Shown: positions 50,161 through 63,559 of the stretch, piece by piece
Position numbering within the stretch: the first letter of the stretch is position 1
How the letters are laid out: the number at the start of each line of letters is the position of its first letter
NCBI GenBank assembly: GCA_013239625.1
Contig: MU054323.1
Span: 620,001-684,000 of the forward strand
Source: Lama guanicoe
Taxonomy: Eukaryota
Reading direction: 5' to 3'
DNA: 64,000 nucleotides
Translations under genes and position numbers: made by a program
Notes under the pieces: generated by a model
The model's database searches: none
The model's input: only the letters and a program-made list of their open reading frames with translations
Told to the model about the DNA's origin: nothing

Positions 50161-51849
50161 GATTCTTAGAAAAGGTAGACTTAAGTTAGATTAATTCATT
50201 TAGCTATATTGGCATTTAACATAAGGCCATCCACTGGGAGCACTGGGGTTGTGGGGGATGAAAGACAGGTTTAAATATCAGTTGAAATAATCATCATTAC
50301 CACGGCCCTCTGGGTTTTAAATAACAGTTACTGCCTCCAACCACTAACTCCAGCCAAGCAGCCTCTAGAATTTTGTGTTTCAGGTGTGTAAAGATGGACC
50401 TTAACAAACAACAACAACAAAAAGTTTTCTCCCACCCGTGCTTAAAATTTATGGCCAATAGAAATGTCAGAGAATGTGTTGTCTTAGGTAAATTGCATCT
50501 ATTTACGATAAACCCAAAGTTTGCAGAAGGAGATTTTAAAGACTCCAGGCATATCTGTTTTGTACTTCAAAAGCCATTTGGTCCCGGGTCCAACAGGCAA
50601 AGTGGTTATTATGGTCCCATGTGGGAGAAGGCGGGTGAGGCTGGAATGCGCCCAGTAAGCATGAAACCCCACCCCCAGAGCTTCACTTGCTCCCGCTGCT
50701 CTGGTGAGGCTAATTGGAGGAGAGCAACCTTTTTGAGAAAGGAAAGAAATTTCTGGATTTGAAGCAGATGTCTGGACCTTACACGAATCTACAATGCAGG
50801 CTTTTAAAGGAAAATATTGCAATAATTAGGAGTCCGGTTTGAAGTCAATGTGTTGCTGTAAAAATTAAGGATGTTTATAACTGTGGGAAGGTTCTCCTTA
50901 AAAACCCAATTCTGATTCCAATTTGCTAGGAAATTGCATCCTGGCCCCATGGAAGGAGTGATCAGGGGACCTGTTTAATAGATCAGGATCCTCACTGTCC
51001 GATGAAGTCGGGGATATTCATTGCTGTTTATGAAATTTAAATAGGAGTTTTCTCACACATCATCCAGAATTCACTGGTGGACTTTTATAACTCAACAAGA
51101 TGGTTGGAGATTTGGAACCAAATAGAACGTTTTCTCATTTGACTGAGAAAAAAATGAAAAAACAAAACAAAACAAAACAAAACCCAAAACCAAACAGAAA
51201 AGAAGACTTGGCTTTCCTTGTGTGGTCCCTGGAATGGGAAATCCAGTATTTGCTAAAATTACCACAGTTTCTCAGATATTACTTAGTCATGAAACACCAT
51301 ATTACACTCAATTTCAGGTTATTCAAGGACAAGAAATGAGACAAGGTATGGATTGAGGTTCACTGCAGTCATGGATAATTGTTAAGTATCAGGAAAAAAT
51401 TAGTTTGACTTGCATATGACAGGAAGGAAAAGAGTCTTAAATTTATCAATCAGTCCAGAATAAGACCTTAAAGGAAATTCTGTAGTGAAAGGGAATTCGA
51501 GTTAAGTATACCTGAGTGCAAATCCAGTTTATAGTACTTACTAGTTTTGTGACCATATATTTTTTCAAACCTTGATTCCGCAACCATATTAGCAATAATT
51601 TCTATCTTTCATTGTTACTTTGAGAATTGATTTTAATTGTATATGGAAAGCATTTATCATGGCATAGAAATACATAAGAAATAATGACCCCTCCACACAC
51701 ACATTTCCAACACACACACACACACATGCACACATTCAACACACATTGCTTTATCTGCCAGGCTCTGGTCCTGTATTTACATTATCAGTGGGTCAATGTT
51801 TTTGGAACAATATAACTTACAGCAATTCAGAGAGGAAAAGAAAGAAACT

Positions 51850-52325
51850 GTGTTAGACACACCGAAATGTTCCCCAGTAGACCTTCTTTTAGTAATAGAA
51901 CCCCCAAGTCCCAGCTGGGCACAGGATGGTTCGGCTAGAGGCTGCATTTCCCCACTTCCCCTGCAGTGAGGTGAGCTGTATGACTGGATGCTGTCCAGAG
52001 ATGTGAGAGGAAGAAATGATGTGTAATTTCTCCATCATGCCACTTGCCCTCAAGCAAGCGCCTTCTTTCTCGTCTCCCGTGGGAAAGGATATGTACACAG
52101 TGGTGGTGAGTACATTTCACTCTGCAGGTGAAGGCGACACCTCAGTGGACAACGGGACACCAAAATGGGGGGAGCCTAGGTCCCTGGGTGACTTTGTGTT
52201 TCCTATGCCTCTGGGGCCATCCACCACTTTAGACTTATACATGCAAGAAAAGAATAAAGCTAGTTTACTTTAGTTTTTATTTTGCTCATTGTTAAAGCAC
52301 TTAAATCTATATCCTAACTATTATA
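51850..52325 (+). mobile_element. MLT1J-like MaLR LTR
   Basis: ttagtaatagaaccccc...tgcatttcccc.cttccctgcagtgaggtg...ggagcctaggtccctg...cctaactattata. Confidence 0.7.
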
Positions 52326-52762
52326 GAAACATATCTTTATTGTGTTCTGAAACACAAGTTAGGTCATGTCAGTCCTCTGAACCTTCCATGGCTCCCCATT
52401 GTTCATCAGTGAATTGCATTTAGGGCATCATATGTGTGACTGGTGGCACAATTAAGAATGGCCACCTCTGAGGCAGAGAAGAGACCATCCGTGCGGCAGT
52501 CGTGGGTGGAGGCTGTTGCACACAGGGAGGCTGAGACACTTATGAAGGGCTTTATTTGATTATAAAGCAACTTCAGATTGGTAGGCTGAGCAAGTAATTT
52601 TCGGGGTTTTCATCTAGCTTGGCTGAATACTAAACGATTCTGTTTGATTTATCTACCCATAGGCCTTCAGGTTTTCAGAGGTCTCTTTTGAGTATGCAAG
52701 CAAACACTGAATGGGCCCTGGGCATAGTCTTCAAGCCCTGCCTCAAATGTCACCTGATTGTT

Positions 52763-53121
52763 TTATTTTTTTCCTTCCAGTTTTATTGCGATATAATTGA
52801 CATATAGCACCGTATAAATTTGAGATGGACAGCGTAATGATTTGACTTCCATCCATCATGAAATGATGACCATAATCATTTTAGTGAACATTCTTCATCT
52901 CGTACAGACACAAAATTAAAGAAAGAGAAAAAAGAAATGTTTTCCTTGTGATGAGAACTCTGAGGATTTTCCCTCTGAACAATCTTCTCATGTAATATAC
53001 AGTAGTGTTGACTACATCTTGGTGTATATTGCATTCCTAGTATTTATTTATGTTACAGCTGGAAGCTTATACCTGTTGATCACCTTCACATAATTCTCTC
53101 TCCCCCCACCTCCCACATTGG
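52763..53121 (-). mobile_element. LINE-1 3' end (L1MA9-like)
   Basis: ccagttttattgcgatataattgacata...ttccttgtgatgagaactct; TSD gtcacctgatt(g/c)tt at 52749-52762 and 53122-53135. Confidence 0.85.
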
Positions 53122-54299
53122 GTCACCTGATTCTTAAAGTTTACCCTGGATTGCCTCTATCAGGTTGGACTGTGAGTTTCCCAGTTCTCCACAGCATTTA
53201 TAACTACTCATCCACTAACTTAGAGTTCATTAATTTAACAGAGTCTAATTGATCACTTACTAGGTGCCTGGTCTGTGCTAGATACGGAGAATAAATATAT
53301 GCATAAAAATTGACCCCTACTGTCATTGAGTTTGCAATCCAGAACCTTTACTATACATTGTCAAAGACTGGGCTTCCCCTCCGTGACAAGTCTTTTGAAG
53401 GTGCTGTAAATGAGAGACAGCCTTTGTCTCCAGGAAGCCACGATCCACAATTATTATTAAATACAGTCCTCATTTAGTTCTGCCTTGTAATTACAGATAG
53501 TTGCATTGTATGCTTGGCCCTATCGCTAGAGGGTGAGTTCTTTGCTAGTGGAAGCTGTTGAATTTCTCTCTAGTCCTCTTCTCCTTCACAGTAAATATTT
53601 CTTGCCTAGTGTGTAGTAAATACTCTACCAATGTTTATTGAAATTAAGTCCATTCAATGAAAGATATCCCTTCAAAATTAGGCATCTCCATTATGCAAAA
53701 CTAAAGCTACATGAGGAGGTATTTTTAATTTCTCAACCACTGAGCACCATCACACTAATTATCACCAAGAGAATCATTTTAAAACAGAAAGCAATCATAT
53801 CTGCTTCAATGCTTTTCCTCACTTTTCCTTTGCTAATCGCCAGAGATGGTGAGAATTCATTCTTCTCATTGTTTCCCAGAAATACTTTCTTTTGTAACTA
53901 GTAAAACTCAAGTGCTTTTTCTACTTTGCTTATGAGGCAGTAACTGTGTAAGAGGTTTTTACACTTCATTTATAAAGTAGCAACTGAGGTGCACGTGTAA
54001 AAGTTGGTTTGAACTAATTTTTCAAGACAATTTCAATTTTCAGTCCCCAAATTCTCATCCACGTCAAAGAGAAAACAAAAATCATGTCTAAAGACACTTC
54101 TTTAATCCTCACTCATTTTGTTTAGAAGAGGATAAAATTAGTTCAGAAAACATGCCCTTAAAATGCATTCCCCATATTCTAACAAAATACCAACCATAAT
54201 AATATATTAATTTTTTCAACAATGTTAATCAAGTCTAATATATATAGTGACACATGCAGACCAGAGGAACACAGCCTTTAAGATACACCAATGTGAGGT

Positions 54300-54430
54300 G
54301 GGGGAAGGTTATAGCTCAGTAGTAGAGCGCATGCCTAGCAGGTACAAGGTCCTGGGTTCAATCCCTGGTACCTCCATTAAATAAATAAATAAATAAAATA
54401 CACCTAATTACCTCCACCCCCCACCAAAAA
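54300..54430 (+). mobile_element. tRNA-derived SINE (camelid Vic-1-like), full length
   Basis: A box TAGCTCAGTAG (54312-54322), B box GGTTCAATCCC (54355-54365), (TAAA)n, then cctaattacctccacccccc tail. Confidence 0.9.
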
Positions 54431-55589
54431 TACATACCAATTTGTCTAAACTCTCAACCAATAAAGAAAAGATTGAAGATCTAATCTTAAAGATTGAGTG
54501 CAAGGAAGCCCTTAAAATATCCTCCAGAGGCCCAAAGAAATGTCCTAAAGAAAGCATCAAATGGAAACACTTACTAGCCTCAGTTAAGCATGGCACCTCT
54601 AGCAATCACCTAAAATATGGAAACACGTGAACTAACACAGATTTTCATCAGTGATTAAAAAAAGGAAATTCAAGGTTTATTTCCATTGGAAGGGGGAAAA
54701 AGGCAAAATTACTGTGTCATTTGAGACATACCCAAAGTTCTGCTTTGACTCAAGATGTTCCTTGAAGCCTTCTGCTTAGACAATTAAAAGAACCTCTTAA
54801 CTGGTCTCCCTGCCTCCACATCCTGCACACAAAATCCCTCCTGAACACGGAGGCCAGAATGAGCTGTTTGAATTGCAAATCTGATCCTGCCACTCCTCTA
54901 CTTGAACTCTTCAAAAACTCCCCATCACTTTCAGGTTTCGCAGGGTGGTGTCCATCAGCGGTTCCTAAGCACGCACCCAGGGACTGGAGCAGTGCCATAT
55001 TGGGACGTTTCCGTTGGTCCAGGGCTAAATGAGACGAAAGAAGGACTATGTGGCAAATAAAGGTAAATTAAAACATAATCAACTTATTAAAAACACTGCT
55101 CTTTATTCTAACGTAATATCTGCCTGACTTTTTTGAAACTCCTTATTTCAAGAGATAGTGGTTATTGGTTGTCTTTTTTTGGTTTTTTTTTTTTTTAAAG
55201 ACTCTTGTTTGGTAAATATGGCTTGGCCAGGGCTCTGTGACCCTTCTTACTGCCTGAGCCTTCAGTGCCCTCCCACTGACCATGCAGCTCTTTCTGAGTC
55301 TCTGCCGTGTCTTCCCTCAGACCCTTGGTCTGAGATGTCCACCACTAACCTCCACTCCACAGTCACTCGTGCAGGGCCACTGGTTCTCATCTTAGCCTCC
55401 ATGCTGCACAGGAACTAAGGCGGCCTCGGAAACCAGGACCCTTCTCTGTCTGACCATGCCCATTTGTCCTCGGAATTGAGCTGGGGTCACTCTGTCTTCA
55501 TGGAGGCAAAAAAACAGGAGAAAGGCAGCAGGGAGAGAGCTCTTTTGAGAATCATCGCACTTAACTGTCCTACTGATGACTTTCGGTGT

Positions 55590-55720
55590 GTACTGTTATT
55601 ATACCCACTTTTACAAATTAGGAAATGGGGGCTTAGAACCGTCAGCTCTGCCCTCACAGAGCTAGGAAGGGGAAGAGATGAGATTGGAGCTTAAATCACC
55701 AAACTCCTAGTCATTTGCAT
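55590..55720 (-). mobile_element. MIR SINE
   Basis: ttattatacccacttttacaaattaggaaatgggggcttag...tcacagagctaggaag. Confidence 0.6.
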
Positions 55721-55789
55721 CTCTTTTCCCAATGCCTAGCAAAGTTCTGGCACAGAGGGGTCAATAGCCTTGAGTAAGTGAATGAACAA

Positions 55790-58700
55790 TTTTTCATTTT
55801 TTATCATTAAGGAAGCACAGTTTATTTTTTCTGATAACAAATATACGTGCGTGTTGTATGAAATTCACATGTGTTAAAAAGTAAAGAAAAAGTTATCTGA
55901 AATCCTTCTGCTAAGAAGTAATTTTGTTAACATTTTGATGACCATAATTTCACACATTCATGGTAAATATACACTTTCCCCATAAAAATGTCATATAAAT
56001 GGAATATTAAACATGGTTTTCATAACGTACTTTTTCACTCAACAGTGTCTTGTGGCTAATTTTTCCAACCAAAAAATATAGATCTGAGCATTGTAATATT
56101 TAAAAAATTCAGATTATTGTATCGTTTGGATGCCATGGTTTAACTAACCATTTCTTTAACAATATCCTCAAATATTGATTTTTTTTCATTTTGATTTAGT
56201 TCACATTGGTTTATAATCTCTTTTGTAGGTTCTTTTTTTTTTTAACAGAGGTTATTTAGATTATTTTAAATTAAAAATTTTTAAACGTTTGGGTGATTTC
56301 CCAGATATGATTTTGTTATCGATTTCTCATCTAATTCTGCTATGATCAGAAAGCTTATGTTGTATGACTTCAGTTTGTTTAAATATTTTAAGATTGTCTT
56401 ATGACCCAGAATATGAGTTGCCATGGTAGATGTTTTATGTACACCTGAACTTAATCTGTTTTCTGCTATTTAAAAAAAATTTTTTTTAACTTAAGTATAG
56501 TTGATTTACAATGTTTCAGGTATATAGCAAAGTGATTCAGTTATGCAGATATATCTCTATTCCTTTTGTATTCTCTTCCAAGATATTGAATCTAGTTCCC
56601 TGTGCTTTGCATTAAGTCTTTGTTTACCTAGTTTATATACAGTAGTGTGTATCTGCTAATCCCAATTTCCAGATTTGTCCCTCTCTCCCCTCTTCCCCCT
56701 TTGGTAACCATAAGTTTGTTTTCTACGTCTGTGAGTCTATTTCTGTTGTGTAAATAAGTTCATTTGTATCATCTTTCTATATTCCCCATATAAGTGATAT
56801 CATATGATATTGGTCTTTCTCTCTCTGACCTACTTGACTTAGTATGATCGTTCCTAGATCCGTAGCAGTATTCTGCTACTTTTGCATAATGTGTTCCGTA
56901 AACGTCAATTTAGTTGAATTAACTTATAGGGTGGATCCTGCTGTTTTTAATGATTTTTCTATTGGTTTTATCAATCCAAGTCTAAGATCTAAGTATAATT
57001 GTGGATTTGCTTATTTCTTCTTGCAGTTCCGTCAGTTACAGCTTAATGTTTTTTGAAATTCTGTTACTCGGTTTACACAAACTTAGGATTTTTACCTCCT
57101 CCTGATTAATTGATCTTATTATCTTTATGAAAATCCCTCCTTATCTCTGGTAATATTTTTGGTTCTGAAATTACTTTGACATCAGTACAGACACGCCATC
57201 TTCCTATGGGTTACTGTTTGCATGGTATAGCCTTTCCATCCTTTACTGTAAATGTCTCTACATCTTTATATTTATAGTGGGTGTCTCGTGGAAAGCATAT
57301 CCTTGAATCATTTGGGTCTTAACATTTTTTTAACCAATATGATAATAGCTGCGTCTTAATCAGAGTATTAAATAATTTCATTTAATACAGCTATTAATAT
57401 AATTCATTTTAAACCTATTAGCTTGTTATCAATTTTCTACTTACCTGGTTTTGGACTTTCCCCCTCTTTATCGTCTTTTTGCGTGTAGGTGATTAATTGT
57501 GCATACTTTAGGATTTCATTTTATCTATAATTTTTAAAAATTTTTAATTATTTCCATTTCCCCTTTAGTCTTGGTATTATTAACACAAGTGTTATGTGCT
57601 ATAAACCAATAATTTAGTTATTACCTTGTATATTAAACAACTGTATAACTTAAGAACATCTTCTATATTAAAATAGAGAATATCTTCTATATTTATCAAC
57701 ATATTCACCATTTTTGGAGCTTGTCATTCCTTAATTAGATCCTCATTTCTATCTGGTATCATTTTCTTCCGCCTAAAGAATTTCCCTTCACATTTTTGTC
57801 AATAGCACATACCTGATACAACTGAATTCCTTCAGGTTTTCTTTGGAAAGTCTTTATTCCATCTTTTTTTAAAAATTCACTTGGTGATAAATTCTAGATT
57901 TACTTCTTTCTTTCACTACTTTAAAAATATTGCTTATTAGCCTCTGTTTTGCTTCGCTTCTGTGACGAGTCTGCTGTGATTTGTTTGTTCCTCTGTCCAC
58001 TTTGATTTTTTTTTCTGTCTGCTTCAAAAAGTTTTATCAGTGGTTTTCAGAAATTTCATTATGTGGTGCTTTGGGGAGGTTTTCTTCGTTTCTTCTGTTT
58101 AGATTTACCGAGTTTTTTAGGTCTCTGTGTTTATCGTTTTCATTACATTTGGAAAAATTTTCAGCCACCGTTTCGCCCCCATATGTATCTCATCTCTTCT
58201 GGGACTTGATATTGTTTCACAGGCACTAATGCTGTGTGTATGTATGTATGTATTTAATTGGTTTGTTTTCTTTCTGTGCTTCATTTTGGTTCATTTCTAT
58301 TGCTATGTTTTCGTGTTCACTGATTTGTTCTGCATGTCTAATGGGCTGCCAGTTCCTTTTGGTGTGTTTTTCTTGTTAGGTGATGCATTTTTCATCTTTT
58401 AAATTTCCATTTGGGTCTTTTATATCTTCCCTTTAACCTCCCATCGTGTTCATGTTTTCCTTTGCATTATTGAGTTACCAGACTGTATTTATAATACCTG
58501 TTTTAATGTCCTGTCCGGTGATATCATCAAATTTGTCATTTTAGTGTCTTTTTCTATTGATTGATTTTTTTGCTGGTCACAGATTATATTTGCCTGCTTC
58601 TCTGTTTGCCTGTTGAGTATTATTGGATGCTCTATATAGTGCATTGTATGCTGTTGGGTTTTGGATTTTGTTGCAATCCTTTAATAAGCATGGAACTTAT

Positions 58701-59357
58701 TTTTTCCTGGCATGAAGTTAAGTTACCTAGCACCAGCCTAAGCCTCTGTAGGATTGCTTTTAAGCTTTGTCAGGGAAAACCTACAGCAACTTTTAGTCTA
58801 GGGCTAATTCAGTTCCTTTACTAAGTCAATACCTTACAATGACTATACTCACTGTTAACAGTGCTATATGAGCTCCCAGAATCGTTCAGCTGACTGCTTC
58901 TCATTGCTCCTCTCTCTTCTCCTCAGTTCATCTCATGGAGTTTTCTTCATGCAGCTAGACTTCACCAGAAAAATCCAAGATTTGAGGGGACCTCGCTGCC
59001 GATCTCTAGAACTCCCTCTCTCTGCAGCGTCCTCCTCTTCAGCATTCTGCCCTGCAAATTCTAGTCCTGTGAATGTGCTTCCTGGAACTCTGATGGCTGC
59101 CTTCAGCTCAGTGAGACTGCAGGGTTTGGTTAGGGTTCTCTGTTCTGCTCTGTGTCCTGGAAACTGCCTCCAGACAGCAAACTGGACAATGGTAGGGGCT
59201 CATCTCCTCCATGTGTCATCCCTCAGGGGTGACAATCCTGCTCTGCTTGTTGCCTGGTGTCTGGAAACAGTTGTTCCATGTATTTGTCTGATTTTCTAGC
59301 TGTGTATGGTGGAAGGACAATTCCCACAGCAGTTAATCCTTCATGGTCAGAAGCAGA
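55790..59357 (-). mobile_element. Old fragmented LINE-1 (L1MC/MD/ME-like), probably including its 5' end near 59350
   Basis: Long T-rich antisense L1 sequence; the reverse complement of 59295-59355 resembles old L1 5' termini. Confidence 0.7.
56471..56862 (-). mobile_element. Younger LINE-1 3' end nested in the old L1
   Basis: aagtatagttgatttacaatg...ggtaaccataagtttgttttctacgtctgtgagtct; TSD core ttctgcta at 56461-56468 and 56871-56878. Confidence 0.88.
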
Positions 59358-60287
59358 TGTTGGCATCAGTGTTTTATAAAGTTCTCTGGGTTATTTCGCT
59401 GTGCAGCCAGAGCCGAGAACCAGTGCTTTAGACACTCACCAACATCAGTTTTGTTTGCCTTTTAAATCCTTGTCAGTTCTTTAGATGAAAAATGATACAT
59501 ACATTTTTGATCATTCAATTACCTGTGAGAGTGAATGCCTTTTCATATTTGCTATCAATTACATTTTTAATAGACTCAATTATTTATAATTTTTTCACCT
59601 ATTGTGTTATTCTTGTTGTTGCAATTGAGAGATTGTCTTTTGTCCTTACAAGTTTGTGTTTATATTCTTCGCCATTTATATTGCAAATGTTTTTCAACTT
59701 GATTACAAGTGTTTTTGCCTTGTTGATGGCGGTTGTGATGTGGAGGGAAGCGAGGGGAAGGTCATAGACGTGTCATGAAGATGCTTCCCATTTTGCATGT
59801 AGCCCAATATACCAATTGTTTCCCTTACGCTCTCTGACTTTCGTCCCATCTTGTGAAAGGTGCTATTCTCTGGCTTAGTAGACAGACTTATTTTATTTTC
59901 AACAGCTTTCTTTAGGAACGTCATTTTCAAGGCACACTCTAAGGAAGAGGCTTCTGTTTTGTGGTGCGTTCCTTTTTTGGTTAACAGACTCTCAGGAACC
60001 TTATAGAATGGAATGGACCCTACAACCTCAGAAAACTTCATGCGTGCACATGTGCTCCAAGTCTGCATACGATTCCAAATCTTGGACCCCTGGTTAGTGA
60101 CCCCAGCTGTAGACTGATCGTGAGAGAAGCATCCATCAGTGACATCTTTGAGTGAGAGAACCACGAAGACCATAGTAGACTCCCACGTAGTCACCCACGA
60201 AGTGGCATTGCTGTGGGAGGGGCTGTTGCTGGAGCATTTGTCCCCATAAGATTCTCTCCCACCATCAGATAGTGCTACTTTATTCTT

Positions 60288-60426
60288 TTTTTAAAAAAAA
60301 TTATTTATTATTTTTTAATTTACTTACTTATTTAATTTATTTTTCAATGGAGGTACTGGGGATTGCACCCAGGACCCTGTGCATGCTAAGCACGTGCTCT
60401 GCCACTGAGCTATTACCCTCCCCCCG
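60288..60426 (-). mobile_element. tRNA-derived SINE (camelid Vic-1-like)
   Basis: Antisense SINE head with T-rich tail; TSD gt(g/t)ctactttattctt at 60272-60287 and 60427-60442. Confidence 0.9.
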
Positions 60427-60742
60427 GTTCTACTTTATTCTTCAGTGACATGCACAGGAGGATGGAAGAAGGTCTGAGTTAGGAATTAACAAAGGACCGA
60501 AGTCACCTGGAGGTCAGTGGGATTCTGACCCCTGCAGGTCAGCCCAGGTTTGGTCCTGCAGATGAGTTCAGCTCTCTTCAGGTCCCCCTCTGAAGCCTTC
60601 AGACTCCCAGGCATCTTGGAATTCACATGAGTTTCCCAACTGACATTATCTTCTTACCTTGTTTCCTGTCTTCAGGTGACACAGGAAGGCCAGAAATATC
60701 CTCCCCGCAAGTGGGATAAGACTGCAGTAAAGTTATGCTACT

Positions 60743-60846
60743 GTAGTAATTATATCACAGTGCATATGTGTAGCAAACAACATGCTGTACACCTCAAATT
60801 TACACAATATTTTATGTCAATTGTAACTTAATTTAAAAAAAAAAAA
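60743..60846 (+). mobile_element. LINE-1 extreme 3' end with poly(A)
   Basis: catgctgtacacctcaaatttacacaatattttatgtcaattgtaacttaattt(A)12. Confidence 0.75.
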
Positions 60847-62381
60847 GTCTTGCCCTTAGAGAGATGGCCTCTGGGTCATTTAGATATGGTTAATTTTCCC
60901 CTCCCCATGCCAGCGGCGAAAGGAACCTTTCTTGACTTGTCACTGTGAGAACCTTCTGGAAACCCCATCAATGTCCCATAACGCAGCTCTGCCTGGCAGT
61001 TGCCTGAACAACTAGCAGCCAACAGAAATGTCTTCCTGCTGAAGAGATTGAACTTTATGGTTCCTTGACCCCCAGCAAGGATCAGTGGTTTCTGGAGCTT
61101 AAGGGGAAGGTGACAGTGGAGAGAAATGAGATTCGACAAGCAGATGGGGGCCCAGACCAGAAAAAGGATGCGGGCTTTCTTCAATGCCCATTCTGCGGCC
61201 AGTGAGGAACCACCTAAGAAAGGGTACAAAGGAAAATGGAGATTTTCAGATTCGCCTTTCCAAAAGGTCACTCCATGCAGGTATGTTTGAGAGGAATGAG
61301 CTAAATAAAGTCTATTGCAGTCATTGAGGCCAGAGGCAGAGATGGAGTGAACTTGAGTGCTGGCCTTGGAGATGGGGGTCAGGGGAGATCCCAAGAAAGT
61401 GAAGAAGTGGTATATCTGGTGGTTGCCGGTGGCTGGTGGCAGAAAGAGGCACAGGGTCAGGGCCAGCCCGGCAAGTTGCAGCTCCAGAGCACCCAGACCC
61501 CCTCCCAGATGTGCTCCTTGAGCCTTCGCTTAGCAGGGCTGGTCCCCCTCTCCCATCACCGAGGAGGTGATGAAGGATGACGTGGAAATGCCTTCAGAAC
61601 ACCCTTTATCCACCATCAGGCACAAGCGTCAGCATGTTCATGGGTCAATGCTGAGCTCAGTCTAGTCACATTCTAATCACTCCAGAAAACACTTATTCAA
61701 AATTCTTAACATGGGAACAGTCCTGTTACACTCCGAAAGACTGGCAAAATATAAAAAGAATCTGGTTTATATGACTAGTTTGAATGTGCCAATTACGCTA
61801 ACTAGCAGTAGCTTATGCAATTGCTTTGCATCTTGGGAGTCTCCACACAGAAGTGGACTCAGAGGATTAAGAGTTTATACAGCACAGGCTCGGATAACAT
61901 TAGGCTAGCTGGGTACCCAAGCCAGATGTCCTAGCTTCACAGTCTTCAGAACAGCAAGAACCTGCCAGCCAGGGTCTGGACCAGTTCCCGGCCGTCAGGA
62001 AGGGGCCACTGCCAGTGAGCTAATGAAGTCACTGCATCACAGAGACATCAGGCAAACAGACCCAAGTCCCTCTGAACCAAACATCTCAATTATTGCATAG
62101 CCTTCAGGAAATTCTGCCTTTAAAGATAAAGGATGAAAATATCCACCTCACTTTAAGGCAAACCTTTATTCTAATTCCTTCGACCTCTCTGAATTGATAT
62201 TAAAAGATGAATGGTTAAAATACCTATAGCAATTGGTTCAAGATTTAGAAGGTAGGTTGGGAGACAGATAAGAAGGTAAAGAGACCACGAAGTCCCATTC
62301 ACCAAGCCCAGTGCCCGACATACAGCGTCACCAGATAAAGGGTTTTAAAATTTAATTGAAATTTCCTATGTCAGATCTGTA

Positions 62382-62713
62382 CAGTTGTCCTTGGTATCTG
62401 CAGGGGACTGGTTCAGGAAACACGCCCCACCTCACCACCACACACACATACCAAAATCTGCAGGTGCTTGAGACTCTTACATAAAATGGCATAGTATTTA
62501 CCTATGACCTTCCATCCTCCCATATACTTTAAATCGTCTCTAGATCATTTATAATACCTAATACAATGTAAATGTGATGTAAATAGTGACCGGCATGTGA
62601 CAAATTCAAGTTTTGCCTTTTGGAAGTCTCTGAAATTTTTCTTTCTGGATATTTTTGATCCGCAGTTGGTTGAATCTGTGGGTGCAGAACCCACAGGTAC
62701 AGAGGGCTTTCTG
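62382..62713 (+). mobile_element. MER2/MER2B (TcMar-Tigger) non-autonomous DNA transposon, full length
   Basis: cagttgtccttggtatctgcagggg...tactttaaatcgtctctagat...cccacaggtacagagggctttctg; imperfect terminal inverted repeats and TA duplication at both ends. Confidence 0.9.
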
Positions 62714-63559
62714 TACTTCAAAAAGGCTTGGCCATTATTTATAATGGTCTCAATCGTAATCAGCTCTCTATGAGACTATATTCATATTAATAGTCAAAAT
62801 AACATTTTTATTTCTCCCCATGCTCTCAACCCAAAAGTAAGTTCAGGATGCTATGCTTCTTGGTTCAAGGCAGCACAGAGTGACATGTTTTCCTTTCTTC
62901 ACAGAACAGTGACAAGAGGCTGGAAGAGGCACGGGGTAGGGGAAGGGATGGGTATAGATGGTCCCTGAGCTGGTCTCACGTTGGCTCAGCCCCAACTTGA
63001 GTGCAATACATTTCAGAAAATCCCCAGGCTCTGCACTCCTTTCACAGGGAATTCAAACAGACACTCAGGTAGCCAAAGCCACTCTCAAGAGCTGTCACGA
63101 TGCATCCTGAGTTCTTTCCCAGGTGAACTTAAGTCAAGGGACAGCCAAACCAACATGCCGAGCAGGCTTTACCCAGCTTCTTCTTGCTGCTTTCAGAGAC
63201 AGGCAGCTCTTCTGGGGACAAAACGCTTCCATTTGGAAGTAGTTCCAACTGTCAAAAGTACTAACTCAACTCAACACCAGTGTCTTCTATTAGATGCTAA
63301 GAGCAAGTAAGCAGGTCCACCTCCAAGTGCAATGCGACTGGCTGGAGAGGGCATGCAGAAAGCCCACGTCATTCCGTGGGCAGTGCCGAAAGATATGCTC
63401 TGGGACTAAAGGAGAGAACTGTGTATCAGCGTCTGTGTAAGAAAACGAAGTAGAGGATCTATGATTTTAGTCCAGAGGCTTGGGGCTTGGGTTGGGTAAG
63501 CATAGCTGCTACCTGAGTTTGTCTCTCATTCAGTCTCCTCCTACCCACCTGTTCCTCTG

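Noticed and set aside
54300..54376. tRNA-like sequence (also at 40670-40744 and 60348-60425)
   Set aside because: SINE heads: followed by A-rich tails, two copies have clear TSDs, and the copies diverge from one another
57658..57693. Short direct repeat atcttctatatt x2 (similar 10-12-mers near 16066, 23537 and 46531)
   Set aside because: Ordinary slippage micro-duplications or chance matches
59703..61394. 163-aa and 172-aa minus-strand ORFs
   Set aside because: Non-ATG starts, no recognisable domain, and lengths attainable by chance in 64 kb
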